A DNA stretch of 64,000 nucleotides from an uncultured virus (IMG/VR IMGVR_UViG_3300038312_000396) (IMGVR_UViG_3300038312_000396), one strand, 5' to 3'. Counted from the first letter of the stretch, positions 39,210 through 48,657 are shown. A program made the numbers and translations. Notes: generated from the sequence alone by a model not told the origin.

Positions 39210-39569
39210 TCACCCCGCATACTTCAAAGAGTTAACTACAAATTCCCCATTGCCTCTGTTTATTGCTTGAATATGCTTTTTGTATGCATCATAAGCCCAT
39301 ACTTTATAACGCTCCTTAGTTGCGTCAATGACATACAACTGATTATCTACTTTCGTGACTACTACTGTCTTTGAATCTTCGCTATTCTTTTGAGTTACGT
39401 CTGTTTTGAAATTAACCCGATCACCGCCAATATCAGTATAGACAAAGGTCTCTAACCAACCACGTTTAATCTCATCCTTAACTGTGTTGGCGATTTCTAC
39501 ACTATCTGCATACTTATTTATCTTTACACTGTTTACTTTACTTATTAATTCACTAAGTTTGTTGCCCAT
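39210..39569 (-). CDS. Paralogue of 26197-26613 lacking catalytic Cys/His
   Basis: DSVEIA...KRGW...TVVVTKVD...YVIDA...Y...I..IN. Confidence 0.6.
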   Translation of the reverse strand: MGNKLSELISKVNSVKINKYADSVEIANTVKDEIKRGWLETFVYTDIGGDRVNFKTDVTQKNSEDSKTVVVTKVDNQLYVIDATKERYKVWAYDAYKKHIQAINRGNGEFVVNSLKYAG

Positions 39570-39634
39570 GTGATACCCCTTTCCCTATTTGCTCTCACAA
39601 TTTTGAAAATTTATCTCTTTTACTCTTTATGTCC

Positions 39635-40636
39635 TTATTCGTCACCAGAGTTCAATTCTGATTGTGCTTCGTCAATAGTGTACTTTAGTATGTAAGCTTT
39701 AGCCCTCTCCGATGTGGATGCTGCTTTTATTAACATGTCTGGATTTTCTTCTAACGCTCTTTTCCACTCCTGAATGTAAGCAACGCTATTATCTACAACA
39801 CTAGGTTGGTACGCATATATCCCTGTTTCTGCACATAACATTGATGCTCCAAAGTTCGCCACAAGTTCTTCAAATGAAAAAGCACCATAACTCCTGTCAT
39901 TAGGTGTGACATTCCTTGTAACCCTACCTTTTTTACATGTAGAATGGATTAACTCATGAAATAAGGTAGAATAATAAGATTCAACACTGTTAAACTTATT
40001 TTCATCAGGCATATTAATTATGTCTAACTTGTCATTGTAATACGGATCTGTACTTCCGTGCTGTACTGTAATATCTTCCATTTCGCAATAATTCCCTGCA
40101 ACGTCTTGAGGTAAGCCTAGAGGTGAAAACTCTATGTCCCCCGATTCGAGCCTTGTTTTCACAGGATTCCCATCCTTGTCAATCATATACTTTACATTAA
40201 ATACAGTGTAATACCTTACTGTTCCATATGTTCTAAGAAGTTGACCGTCAGGTTTTCTTTTTAACAACCTGTGATCTATAGCATATTTAATTAAGTCATT
40301 CCTACTTTGATTGCCTATTAATGATTTTACATAGTCAAGAATCTTTTCCATACCCTCTTGACTTACAGGGTAATCCTTATCAATTTTACGTATTATAATT
40401 TCAGATGGGGTGTTTTTTGGGATATTAAACTTAAATCCCAACGCCTGTTTAAATGTTAAATACTCTCCCTCAGGTATTAAAAACCTATTAATCCCTGTGT
40501 ACTCTTTACATGACTTCCAGTTAATTGCCACTGTGCTACTCCAAGGTCTTAACCAAGGTAGTCTTTGTTCTTCAAGTGCTCGTGTCATTATCCTGTCAAC
40601 AATAATTTCACCGACCGTTTTCTTTCCATCTCCCAT
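39635..40636 (-). CDS. ardC: ArdC-like antirestriction protein (ssDNA-binding + zincin metallopeptidase)
   Basis: PWLRPW, YTGIN, YLTFKQA, YYTVFNV, YYSTLFHELIHST, FEELVA. Confidence 0.85.
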   Translation of the reverse strand: MGDGKKTVGEIIVDRIMTRALEEQRLPWLRPWSSTVAINWKSCKEYTGINRFLIPEGEYLTFKQALGFKFNIPKNTPSEIIIRKIDKDYPVSQEGMEKILDYVKSLIGNQSRNDLIKYAIDHRLLKRKPDGQLLRTYGTVRYYTVFNVKYMIDKDGNPVKTRLESGDIEFSPLGLPQDVAGNYCEMEDITVQHGSTDPYYNDKLDIINMPDENKFNSVESYYSTLFHELIHSTCKKGRVTRNVTPNDRSYGAFSFEELVANFGASMLCAETGIYAYQPSVVDNSVAYIQEWKRALEENPDMLIKAASTSERAKAYILKYTIDEAQSELNSGDE

Positions 40637-40731
40637 GTTAAATGCCCCCTTGTTCTTCGCCTGTTTAAATTTTAAAACCTACTATATATAAAAAATTGTC
40701 TTTAGTTGTGTTGCAGTAGAAAAATAAACAT

Positions 40732-40827
40732 AAAAAAATAGATGTCGGAGGGCAAATCCAACATCTACTTTACGGTTGTGAGAGTAAACTTAACTCATAA
40801 ACAGACAATCACAAGCATTTAACTCGC
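40732..40827 (-). ncRNA. Candidate small RNA (~95 nt)
   Basis: No ORF between a strong promoter (40834-40862) and terminator TAGATGTTGGA/TCCGACATCTA + T-tract. Confidence 0.6.
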
Positions 40828-40833
40828 ACCTTT

Positions 40834-40862
40834 ATTATAGCATATTTCCTGCAATTTGACAA
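40834..40862 (-). promoter_or_regulatory. Sigma-A promoter with extended -10
   Basis: TTGTCA-17 nt-TATAAT with TGn before -10. Confidence 0.75.
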
Positions 40863-41168
40863 GATGCAAGTCACTAAAATTTTTCTACTGTACAAAATAT
40901 TATTACTAGGTACTATAACTTGTCATACAACTGAAACATACGATATTGCCTGTGTGTCCACAACCCAAAGTATAAACTATCCCAAGTTTATTTTAAATCA
41001 CCCTTAAAAAACATATACGACCTTTTACTTGTTCTATGACCTTAAAGTCCTTTTTATTTGATTCGTTCCCTGAATTTTCTCTTGTTAACTGTTTCTGTAG
41101 CATACCTAATCCCTTTATAGTATACCTATAATACATCTTTTTAGACACGTAAATTGTCAGGATTTTTA

Positions 41169-41912
41169 CTAAAAAATGTCCATAGCGATGGTTTTTTGAC
41201 TATTTATTAATATGCTTTTAAAGAATTTTATCTGTATGTTGGATGCATCCCATATACCAAAATGCAATCCTTTATACAGAGTTATTCTTTTTAACGGGGT
41301 ACTCTTGTGTATTTTATAGATGTCATAATACCCCTCTTCTTTTGTGTTAGCCCAGTACATTAACCCATAAAACCCTTTTACCGACCTCAAATACTGACTA
41401 TCTACAGATAGTACATTCTTGTCAGAATCAGTACTATCACGTCTAAATAAAATAAAATCAGTAGTGTTAATATTTTTCAGAAACTCGTTATGCTCCAGAG
41501 TCTCATTGATTGTGTCAACAAATAAGTACCCTTGATTTCTTTCTATTTTTTCAATATCTAATTCTTCCTCACCATGTACTATCGTCAGTATGGTAGCGTT
41601 TTCAGATACAGTAACATTACCTTTTTCTGTAATAATTACAGAATCACCATGTCCGTAAGCTCTACCCCCTTTTTCAACAAAACAAATACTACTGTCTAAT
41701 GCAACAACGGTACTACCCTGTTTTGCAATTCCAATAGACTTGTCCATTAATACCCCTTTACTTTTATCTTTGAAAGTACAAATAGAGTTGCCTTTTACCT
41801 TTATGTTAGCTCCTTTTATAGCTTCAATATCTGAAACACCGCTAACTGTTAAGGTAGAACCAGCAACTCTTGCACAAAGGTCAAAAACTTCAGTCTCTCT
41901 AAAGGATGTCAC
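41169..41912 (-). CDS. Hypothetical protein with beta-helix-like repeats
   Basis: Approx. 8-residue periodic S/T-V-x-A pattern in the N-terminal half. Confidence 0.6.
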   Translation of the reverse strand: MTSFRETEVFDLCARVAGSTLTVSGVSDIEAIKGANIKVKGNSICTFKDKSKGVLMDKSIGIAKQGSTVVALDSSICFVEKGGRAYGHGDSVIITEKGNVTVSENATILTIVHGEEELDIEKIERNQGYLFVDTINETLEHNEFLKNINTTDFILFRRDSTDSDKNVLSVDSQYLRSVKGFYGLMYWANTKEEGYYDIYKIHKSTPLKRITLYKGLHFGIWDASNIQIKFFKSILINSQKTIAMDIF

Positions 41913-41950
41913 AAGTATTTTCTTTTCCCTTTTAATGTTAAGCCCCTCTT

Positions 41951-43201
41951 TCAGTCGAATTTAGTTATTTTCATAGGTAATAATACTTCCCCGTTAACGT
42001 AATAAGTAATTTCTTGTCTTAATTCTTCAATAAGGCTTTCGATCATAGTCTCGCTAAACGCTTGCTTTTTATACAAGAATTTAATAGAGTCAAATGCAGT
42101 ATAGTAAATCATTATATCTTTGTCAAATAACCCCGTTAATGAATTCCAACCATACCCCTTTTTCTTTAACGCATTACTTAAATCTTCTATCGCCAATGTA
42201 AGTATATCGGACGTACTCCCTTGTATTTTCCATGAAACTTTTACTTTCTTGTTGTTAACATTCCTCGAATTGTCTACATCCCTTATTTCTGTACCGAACA
42301 AAGTATAAACTGACTTCAAGGTTTCATCTGATAATTCGTCCCACAGTGCTTTAACTGTATTATTTTCTGCAAATAAGTCGTATATCTTTTCACCAACCAC
42401 CCCTTTGCTTATTTGCTTTATCTTTGCTTTTGAAGCTCCATACAATGAAGCGTTCCAACAAGCTTTTATTACGTCTCTCTGTTCTGTAGTTATTGTTTGC
42501 ATACCTAATACAGTTTTTGCAACACTACTATAAAAGTCCGAATCATTGCAGAAGATGCCAAACTCTTTGATGTCAAACACATAAGCCGATATTCGAGGCT
42601 CTATCTGATTGTAGTCTAGTTCATATATCCCGTATCCCTCAGGTGTGAATAAATTCTTATAGGTGTTTATATCAAAACCACTTACACAAGGGTTATTTGT
42701 GTAGGCTCTGTTCGTTATAGCATAAGTGTGTTCTGGATGAACGATACTGTTACTATCTGCAAGCTCTATTAGTTTACTTAAAGATGAAACTGTCCTATTT
42801 GTGGACGAATACTGCACAATAACCTCTGCTACAGGATCATCCGCAAATCTATTAAATTCCTCTATAAGTTCAGATTTAAAGGAGTAGTCCATCTGTCTCT
42901 TTCTTGTATTATACACGTAAAAGTATTTTTTCAACAATTCTTCTGAATAGTTTGAAATAAAATAACCTTTAACTTGTAACGGTGAGTTTGGATTGAGTCC
43001 TGCATACCCGTAATTAGAAAGTAATTGCCTCATTTCATCCAACATTCTACTGTTTATCCTGATATGCTCTTTAGCCACTTCCTGATTTACATAAATCCCT
43101 CGATGTGTTACATAGTCATAATACTCCTTTGCTATTTCAAAATCAGGTACATGGAAATAATCATTTTTACTGTTAAATTCCTCTGTGTAAATTGTCTGCA
43201 T
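41951..43201 (-). CDS. Family A DNA polymerase, polymerase domain only
   Basis: Motif A LDYNQIEPRI, motif B RDVIKACWNASLYG, IQGSTSDI, motif C variant AFDS. Confidence 0.85.
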   Translation of the reverse strand: MQTIYTEEFNSKNDYFHVPDFEIAKEYYDYVTHRGIYVNQEVAKEHIRINSRMLDEMRQLLSNYGYAGLNPNSPLQVKGYFISNYSEELLKKYFYVYNTRKRQMDYSFKSELIEEFNRFADDPVAEVIVQYSSTNRTVSSLSKLIELADSNSIVHPEHTYAITNRAYTNNPCVSGFDINTYKNLFTPEGYGIYELDYNQIEPRISAYVFDIKEFGIFCNDSDFYSSVAKTVLGMQTITTEQRDVIKACWNASLYGASKAKIKQISKGVVGEKIYDLFAENNTVKALWDELSDETLKSVYTLFGTEIRDVDNSRNVNNKKVKVSWKIQGSTSDILTLAIEDLSNALKKKGYGWNSLTGLFDKDIMIYYTAFDSIKFLYKKQAFSETMIESLIEELRQEITYYVNGEVLLPMKITKFD

Positions 43202-43586
43202 GTAATAGCCCCCATTTCTTTAAGTAGTTTCTTATACTTTTCATTGCCCCAGGTAAGTAAATAAATACATTGTAATCATACCAATCACGATTCAAATCAA
43301 AGTGCATTAATCCCTGTCTAAACTTTTCAACTAACATGTTGTAATCCTGTTTGCTCACGTTATAAATACGCTTTGCATAAACAATACGGTCATCACTCTC
43401 TAAACAAATTTCTAAAGTAGCCCTATTTGTTAGTAATAGCCCTAACCCTATAACTTGTTTCCGAAACAAGAATATGCTTTCTATAGGTAGCTCTTCAATC
43501 TTGTTTAGTTCCCCATACTCAAATGTATAAACGTGTTTATTTGTATAAATATACCCGTTATGGTCATTATTTGATAGTACCCACAT
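43173..43586 (-). CDS. Hypothetical protein coupled to the polymerase gene
   Basis: 137 aa, overlaps polymerase start. Confidence 0.6.
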   Translation of the reverse strand: MWVLSNNDHNGYIYTNKHVYTFEYGELNKIEELPIESIFLFRKQVIGLGLLLTNRATLEICLESDDRIVYAKRIYNVSKQDYNMLVEKFRQGLMHFDLNRDWYDYNVFIYLPGAMKSIRNYLKKWGLLHADNLHRGI

Positions 43587-43653
43587 GTCTTTATCTTTTC
43601 CCCCAATTTCTTTTATTTTATATACACTTTGTTTTTAAATGTTTTTAAGTATA

Positions 43654-43683
43654 AAAAATACCGATTGTCAAATCGGTATTTTA
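43654..43683 (-). terminator. Rho-independent terminator
   Basis: AAAATACCGATT...AATCGGTATTTT. Confidence 0.75.
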
Positions 43684-43708
43684 AAGTAATTTATTTATTT
43701 GTAATATT

Positions 43709-44443
43709 TTATAACCACGCTACAGCCTGTAACTCATCTTCCCTTTCACTCTCAACTGAAAGCTTATTGTACTTATAGAATGGCTCTCCCTCTTCCTCGT
43801 CAATAAATCCCATACCAAGTACAATGTCGTTGTCTATGAAAAATTGAACAATCTCTCCCATTCTTTTCTGTCCCAATGCTAAACTTTCGTGTATAGCAAC
43901 TATCTTCTTAGAGTATTCCGCACGTTTAGAATAGTTTATTAGATGTAAATAAATGTAATCTCCGTCAACACATAAAAGTCTAACTAAGAAGTTATATTTC
44001 TTTGGTTTAATACCCTTTGATATCGCTAATGCACAAAGGTTTTGCCTGAAAACACACTGTTTAGGTATTACGTATTTAAACACATTTCCTGTTTGTGACT
44101 TTACAACAGATTCATAACCGTAATCCGGTTCACTAGGCTTATACTTGTAAGGTAATTTTATGTTTATTTTTGAGTATATCCTTACATTGTCTCTGCCTAC
44201 ATGGGAAATTATAGCTTTTGAACCGTTTAATCTTTTGAACAGTGGTTCGGTAACCCCCTCTATCTTTGCTAAGTCAGGGATATTGTTTACGTTTTTTAGA
44301 GATTGAAAAAAAGAGTTAACGTCAATTGACATACCTGTAGCTACTGCAAATTGCTTTAACATTCTTCTGATGCTGTCTATGTTAGCATTTTCTGAATTTT
44401 CTTTCAATATTCCCCTACTTATCAAATTTTCTACAGTCACCAT
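43709..44443 (-). CDS. Hypothetical protein
   Basis: 244 aa with GAGGTG RBS. Confidence 0.7.
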   Translation of the reverse strand: MVTVENLISRGILKENSENANIDSIRRMLKQFAVATGMSIDVNSFFQSLKNVNNIPDLAKIEGVTEPLFKRLNGSKAIISHVGRDNVRIYSKINIKLPYKYKPSEPDYGYESVVKSQTGNVFKYVIPKQCVFRQNLCALAISKGIKPKKYNFLVRLLCVDGDYIYLHLINYSKRAEYSKKIVAIHESLALGQKRMGEIVQFFIDNDIVLGMGFIDEEEGEPFYKYNKLSVESEREDELQAVAWL

Positions 44444-44596
44444 TTCATTTCACCTCACTTAACATATATAAAACTATGTCTTTAATTTACTTAGTTAAGT
44501 GCAAAAATAGGGTAATAATGTGAAATAGTTTATATTGGCACTACTAATTCAAATAAAAGTTAGTTTAAATCAACAAAGTCTATTCCCGTTATTAAA

Positions 44597-44667
44597 TAAA
44601 AAAAATTGCCATACGGAAACCCGTACAGCAATTTAAGAGGAAAGAATACAAAACGAAAACTAACCTT
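44597..44667 (-). ncRNA. Candidate anti-RBS small RNA A (~70 nt)
   Basis: TATAAT at 44673-44678, U-rich body with UUUCCUCUU, 14-bp terminator stem + U8. Confidence 0.55.
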
Positions 44668-44711
44668 ATATTATTATAGTCGCTAATGTGATAATACGTT
44701 AAACTTACTTA

Positions 44712-44756
44712 CAAAAATTCCGTACAAGCAATGCCATCAGCGTGTGCGGAATTTTT
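44712..44756. terminator. Hairpin related to the flanking sRNA terminators
   Basis: AAAAATTCCGTACA...TGTGCGGAATTTTT; shares CCGYACA with neighbouring stems. Confidence 0.6.
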
Positions 44757-44781
44757 AATTATCTATAGCACACACTATGTT

Positions 44782-44858
44782 AAAAAAGAACCGCACAGTT
44801 CCCTGTGCGGTGTTCATGGAGAAACAAATATGAAACTACTATGTACCTAATAATCTCG
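44782..44858 (-). ncRNA. Candidate anti-RBS small RNA B (~75 nt)
   Basis: TATAAT at 44864-44869, body UUUCAUAUUUGUUUCUCC, terminator ACCGCACAG/CTGTGCGGT + U-tract. Confidence 0.55.
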
Positions 44859-44990
44859 GATTAATTATACTAATTTTTAGTCACTATTTTTAAATTGCCT
44901 GTAAAAATTTGTTGATTGCCCGTTATGCTAACTCCATAGAGGTAAAACATAACACTTATTATTGTATTCGATACGTACGCCTATCACTCT

Positions 44991-45866
44991 CTAATACAAC
45001 TCACTGTCATTAAACATTCTTATAAAGTTTTCAACAATTTCTCTATCATACAAAATATCTTTTTTCTGGTCAATGTAGTTTAAAGCATCTTCTTTAGATG
45101 TCTCTACCCTGTAAATTCTTTTAGTAGTGATTGCATCAAATGTATCTACTACTGCCAAAAGTCTACCCGCAAACGATATTGAACATTCCCCTTTACCTGA
45201 CGGATACCCTGTTTGGTTTATCCTTTCATGATGGTCTAGTATTCCAAGTAGGTGTTCTGACTTTTTTAGAGTAACCATTTCATAATACCCTATCGTGGAA
45301 TGCTCCTTTATTTTTTCAAACTCACCATCTGTTACCTTGCCTTTTTTGCCTAGTATGTCATGAGGTATCTCTACCTTGCCAATATCGTGCAATAAAGCTA
45401 CGTCAACTACTTCTTTATATCTGTCCAACATACCTGTATACTGCAAGTACATATATGTTAATATAGCTACGCTTATCGAATGTGATAGTACTCCTACTGT
45501 TTTTGCTACTTGATCGTATTCTCTCATTCTGGTTACATTATTGTACAATACTCTGTCTGTCCTTATTCTATCGCAAATGTCCTTTATAGCTACATCTAGC
45601 CCCTTAAAATCCTTTACACTTTCATTTACATAGCTCTTTACTTTGCTTTCACACAATAAGTTCCCGCTTTTTTCTTCTGTGTGCAATTCAACAAATATAG
45701 TATCTATAATTCCACTGTAATTACTTAATAGGTTAGAAATAGCTTCCTTAGTTAACTTTTCTCCCTTTCGTAATAACAGTATTCCTGTACGCTTATCCTT
45801 TATAGGTTTCATAACTCTCATGCCTTGTCTCATATCTGCCAGTCCAATGTACACCCCGTTAGTCAC
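44991..45866 (-). CDS. HD-GYP phosphodiesterase
   Basis: HSISVA, LLHDIGK, HHERINQTGYP, VDTFDAIT. Confidence 0.9.
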   Translation of the reverse strand: MTNGVYIGLADMRQGMRVMKPIKDKRTGILLLRKGEKLTKEAISNLLSNYSGIIDTIFVELHTEEKSGNLLCESKVKSYVNESVKDFKGLDVAIKDICDRIRTDRVLYNNVTRMREYDQVAKTVGVLSHSISVAILTYMYLQYTGMLDRYKEVVDVALLHDIGKVEIPHDILGKKGKVTDGEFEKIKEHSTIGYYEMVTLKKSEHLLGILDHHERINQTGYPSGKGECSISFAGRLLAVVDTFDAITTKRIYRVETSKEDALNYIDQKKDILYDREIVENFIRMFNDSELY

Positions 45867-45930
45867 ACTATCACTCCTGCCTCAATGTAATCTTTTGTTT
45901 CTCTGACTACATTTAATTTATTGTCTTAAT

Positions 45931-46851
45931 TTATTTCCATTGAGGTAGAGTGATCCTATATCTTGAACACTCAATCTGTAGCTTAGTCCAATCATACCTT
46001 GTCGGGTTACTTAACTCCAGTGCTTCAAATTCCATGACATAGTGCATTTTTTTAACATGTTCTACTAGTCCAGAGTCTGTACCATCATATTCAAACTGTT
46101 CAAGGCACTCAAGTATGTAATCAAAATTTTCAGGTCTAAATTTTTTAAAATCAGTTGCACAAGAAGCAAGTGTCCACATAAAATCATTATATTTTGCTTG
46201 TCCGTAACCTTTAAATGCAGGTAAGTTATCTGCTTTATCTCCACGTAACAGCTTAAAAAAGTATATTGAATTGTAAGGAATATAATACCCCTTTGTGGCT
46301 GAGAATTCATTTACATATTCTTCAAAGTTATCCCTATCAATTCGTATGTAATTTTTAAACTCACCTAATGTTTTCTTTCCTCTGAAATAAACGGTTATGT
46401 CAGCATTAACTAAACATAGTAGATCTGAATCATTAGTAAATATTTCAACCTTATACCCCTGACTTTCTTTCTCTCTTGCCAAATTATATATTATGTCATC
46501 TGCCTCTATACCTTTTTCACGATATACAGAAACCCCACCCAAACGTAAAATTTCTTCTGTCAGGTTTATTCCTGCATAAAAAGACGGCATTTGTGATTTT
46601 CTTCCCTCTTTGTATACTTGTCCAAAGGCTTCAACTAATTTTTCCGATCTCTCTATTGGCTTTCCCATGTCCATGACTACGGCTAATTCATTATCACCAT
46701 ATCCCGATAGGCGTACAATTTCTTTAATTGTATATGCAGGAATAGTAGTGTTTATAGCTACACCATTTACAGTGTGCCAAAGTTGAGGTGCGCCCCCATA
46801 AATGTACCTGTAAGGCATCCCGTTATAGTCAATTATTACTATTTTCTTCAT
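45931..46851 (-). CDS. Stand-alone 5'-3' exonuclease / flap endonuclease (PolA N-terminal type)
   Basis: IIDYN, YKEGR, EADDII, NDSDL, LRGDKADNLP..KGYG. Confidence 0.9.
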   Translation of the reverse strand: MKKIVIIDYNGMPYRYIYGGAPQLWHTVNGVAINTTIPAYTIKEIVRLSGYGDNELAVVMDMGKPIERSEKLVEAFGQVYKEGRKSQMPSFYAGINLTEEILRLGGVSVYREKGIEADDIIYNLAREKESQGYKVEIFTNDSDLLCLVNADITVYFRGKKTLGEFKNYIRIDRDNFEEYVNEFSATKGYYIPYNSIYFFKLLRGDKADNLPAFKGYGQAKYNDFMWTLASCATDFKKFRPENFDYILECLEQFEYDGTDSGLVEHVKKMHYVMEFEALELSNPTRYDWTKLQIECSRYRITLPQWK

Positions 46852-46865
46852 AAAAACTCTCCCCC

Positions 46866-47666
46866 TTATATCCCCATTGAATTTATAATGTCTGTCAAAC
46901 CATCAAAATTACTCTCTGTGATTGATTCTTTAACGCCCTCTGTCCCAAGACCAAAATCATCATCTACTTCGATTATGTCATTTTGTTTAATTAGTGTTTC
47001 AATTACAGAAGTCTTTTTAGGCGATTCATTCAGCTCTTTTGACACTTCGTAATTTTTAGTGTAACACCCAAATTCTTCTACGTCTTCAATTTTAGCCTCA
47101 CTAAGTGAAGTCTGCTGTATTTCAGATGCAACTTCATGTGATGCTACTGCTATACTCTCTTTTAGGGCTTGCATATCAGATTGTAAACTCAATTTTATAA
47201 GCTTAATCTGCCTCTCAATCTCCCCACTAATCAAAGCTTTAATCTTTTCTTCTATGTCATCAGCCTTTTCGCCTGTCTGGGTAACTTCTTCACTCTCTGT
47301 ATTCATGTTAGTAAGCTCATACAGAACACCGTAAATAAGGCTTTCATCTTTGGTGTTTATTGCATTTTTAGCCTCTTCCTGCATTAACCTTAACTTGTCT
47401 AAAACAGTATTAGCACTTCTCACAGTTTCTTCAAGCTTTAATTGTTCTGTTAATATCTCATTGTCTCCACTAAAAGATGTAAAATTTTGAAAATCGGTTA
47501 AGTTGTTAAAAACATAATTAAGTGAATCTTGAATCAACTTAGTCAAACACCTATCATTTTTTGCAGGATTTAATAGCCCATTAACTAACTTCTCACTCTC
47601 TTGTGTGAAATAAATTTGCACGTTTGATTTAAATATTACTTCGGGTACATATGAAAAATCATCCAC
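46866..47666 (-). CDS. Acidic coiled-coil protein, possible partition adaptor
   Basis: Downstream of the ParM-like locus; N-terminal beta-alpha-alpha-like pattern; function inferred only. Confidence 0.55.
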   Translation of the reverse strand: MDDFSYVPEVIFKSNVQIYFTQESEKLVNGLLNPAKNDRCLTKLIQDSLNYVFNNLTDFQNFTSFSGDNEILTEQLKLEETVRSANTVLDKLRLMQEEAKNAINTKDESLIYGVLYELTNMNTESEEVTQTGEKADDIEEKIKALISGEIERQIKLIKLSLQSDMQALKESIAVASHEVASEIQQTSLSEAKIEDVEEFGCYTKNYEVSKELNESPKKTSVIETLIKQNDIIEVDDDFGLGTEGVKESITESNFDGLTDIINSMGI

Positions 47667-48633
47667 AAGTAAACCCCCTCAACCCCACCGTGTCGGTTAC
47701 ACTTAATTTAGGTATTTGATTTAAAGCTTTTTTCATAGCATCTGTATCAGTTACGACCGTAATTTTCTTAAACCAGTCTACCGCCTTTAATTTTAAAAGT
47801 AACTCCCTTATAGTGGCTTTTTCATTGTTAACAAACACTATCGACTTGCCTTTTTTTAAAAATGCATTAAACAATGACGAAAAGTTGTTCTCTAAACTCA
47901 TTAGTACAACTATCTTTACATTGTCTAATACCCCTTTCTGTTTCCACTCTTGAAAAACTCTATTCCAATCGTAACATAAAATATCACACCAAGCACCAAC
48001 ATTTGTAGAGCCTTGCACGTATAATATATTATACTCAAGTCTAGTCGGTTCAACATCCCAAGCTTCTTTCAAATTATCTAAGTTCATTAAATTGTTTAGC
48101 TTATGCTTAAATATATCAGCAAAAGTAGGGTTAACATCCAGATCGATTACAATAAACTGTTCATCTTGTTCTTTTAAGTAGTCTGCAACTTTTTTTGAAA
48201 ACTCTAAACTACCTACGTTCAACCTAGCAAAAACATTCACGTACTCATTGACTGTCTCGTTGAAATACTTCTTTTCAACTTCAACAACTTCATCAACAGT
48301 ATCGTTATTTATGCTTGTTAAACTCTCAATACGAATAGGGCAATTATACTCACTTGCAGTGACAGTTAAGCCTAACACAAGCAATAATTCATCTCCTACA
48401 GTATTGTTATACTCTTCACTTATTATAATGTAATCGTCATCTAAATGGAAACTATCTTTAATTAAGGCGTACTCATTTTGAGTAATAATAAATGTTGTTT
48501 TATCGTGAGTGTATTCCGCATACTTCTCCAGTTTTTCATCCTTTAATACCAACATTTTCTTATTCAAAAATAAGTAGAAATACCCTTTTTTAAACCACTC
48601 TATGGTTAAACAATTGTTACCTACAACAAACAT
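47659..48633 (-). CDS. Protein with degenerate ParA/MinD-like domain
   Basis: NVFARLNVGSLEFSKKVA...FIVIDLD resembles P-loop/IDLD region but lacks GKT. Confidence 0.5.
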   Translation of the reverse strand: MFVVGNNCLTIEWFKKGYFYLFLNKKMLVLKDEKLEKYAEYTHDKTTFIITQNEYALIKDSFHLDDDYIIISEEYNNTVGDELLLVLGLTVTASEYNCPIRIESLTSINNDTVDEVVEVEKKYFNETVNEYVNVFARLNVGSLEFSKKVADYLKEQDEQFIVIDLDVNPTFADIFKHKLNNLMNLDNLKEAWDVEPTRLEYNILYVQGSTNVGAWCDILCYDWNRVFQEWKQKGVLDNVKIVVLMSLENNFSSLFNAFLKKGKSIVFVNNEKATIRELLLKLKAVDWFKKITVVTDTDAMKKALNQIPKLSVTDTVGLRGFTCG

Positions 48634-48657
48634 TTGTTAATCCCTCTCTGTAAATTA

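Noticed and set aside
40870..41165. Replication origin
   Set aside because: AT-rich with one imperfect DnaA-box-like GTGTCCACA but no iterons or box cluster
44597..44815. Three spaced hairpins as a possible CRISPR array
   Set aside because: Stems share only a short core, lengths differ, they end in T-tracts like terminators, and no cas genes are present
46065..46310. Minus-strand 81-aa ORF
   Set aside because: Nested in another frame inside the 5'-3' exonuclease gene
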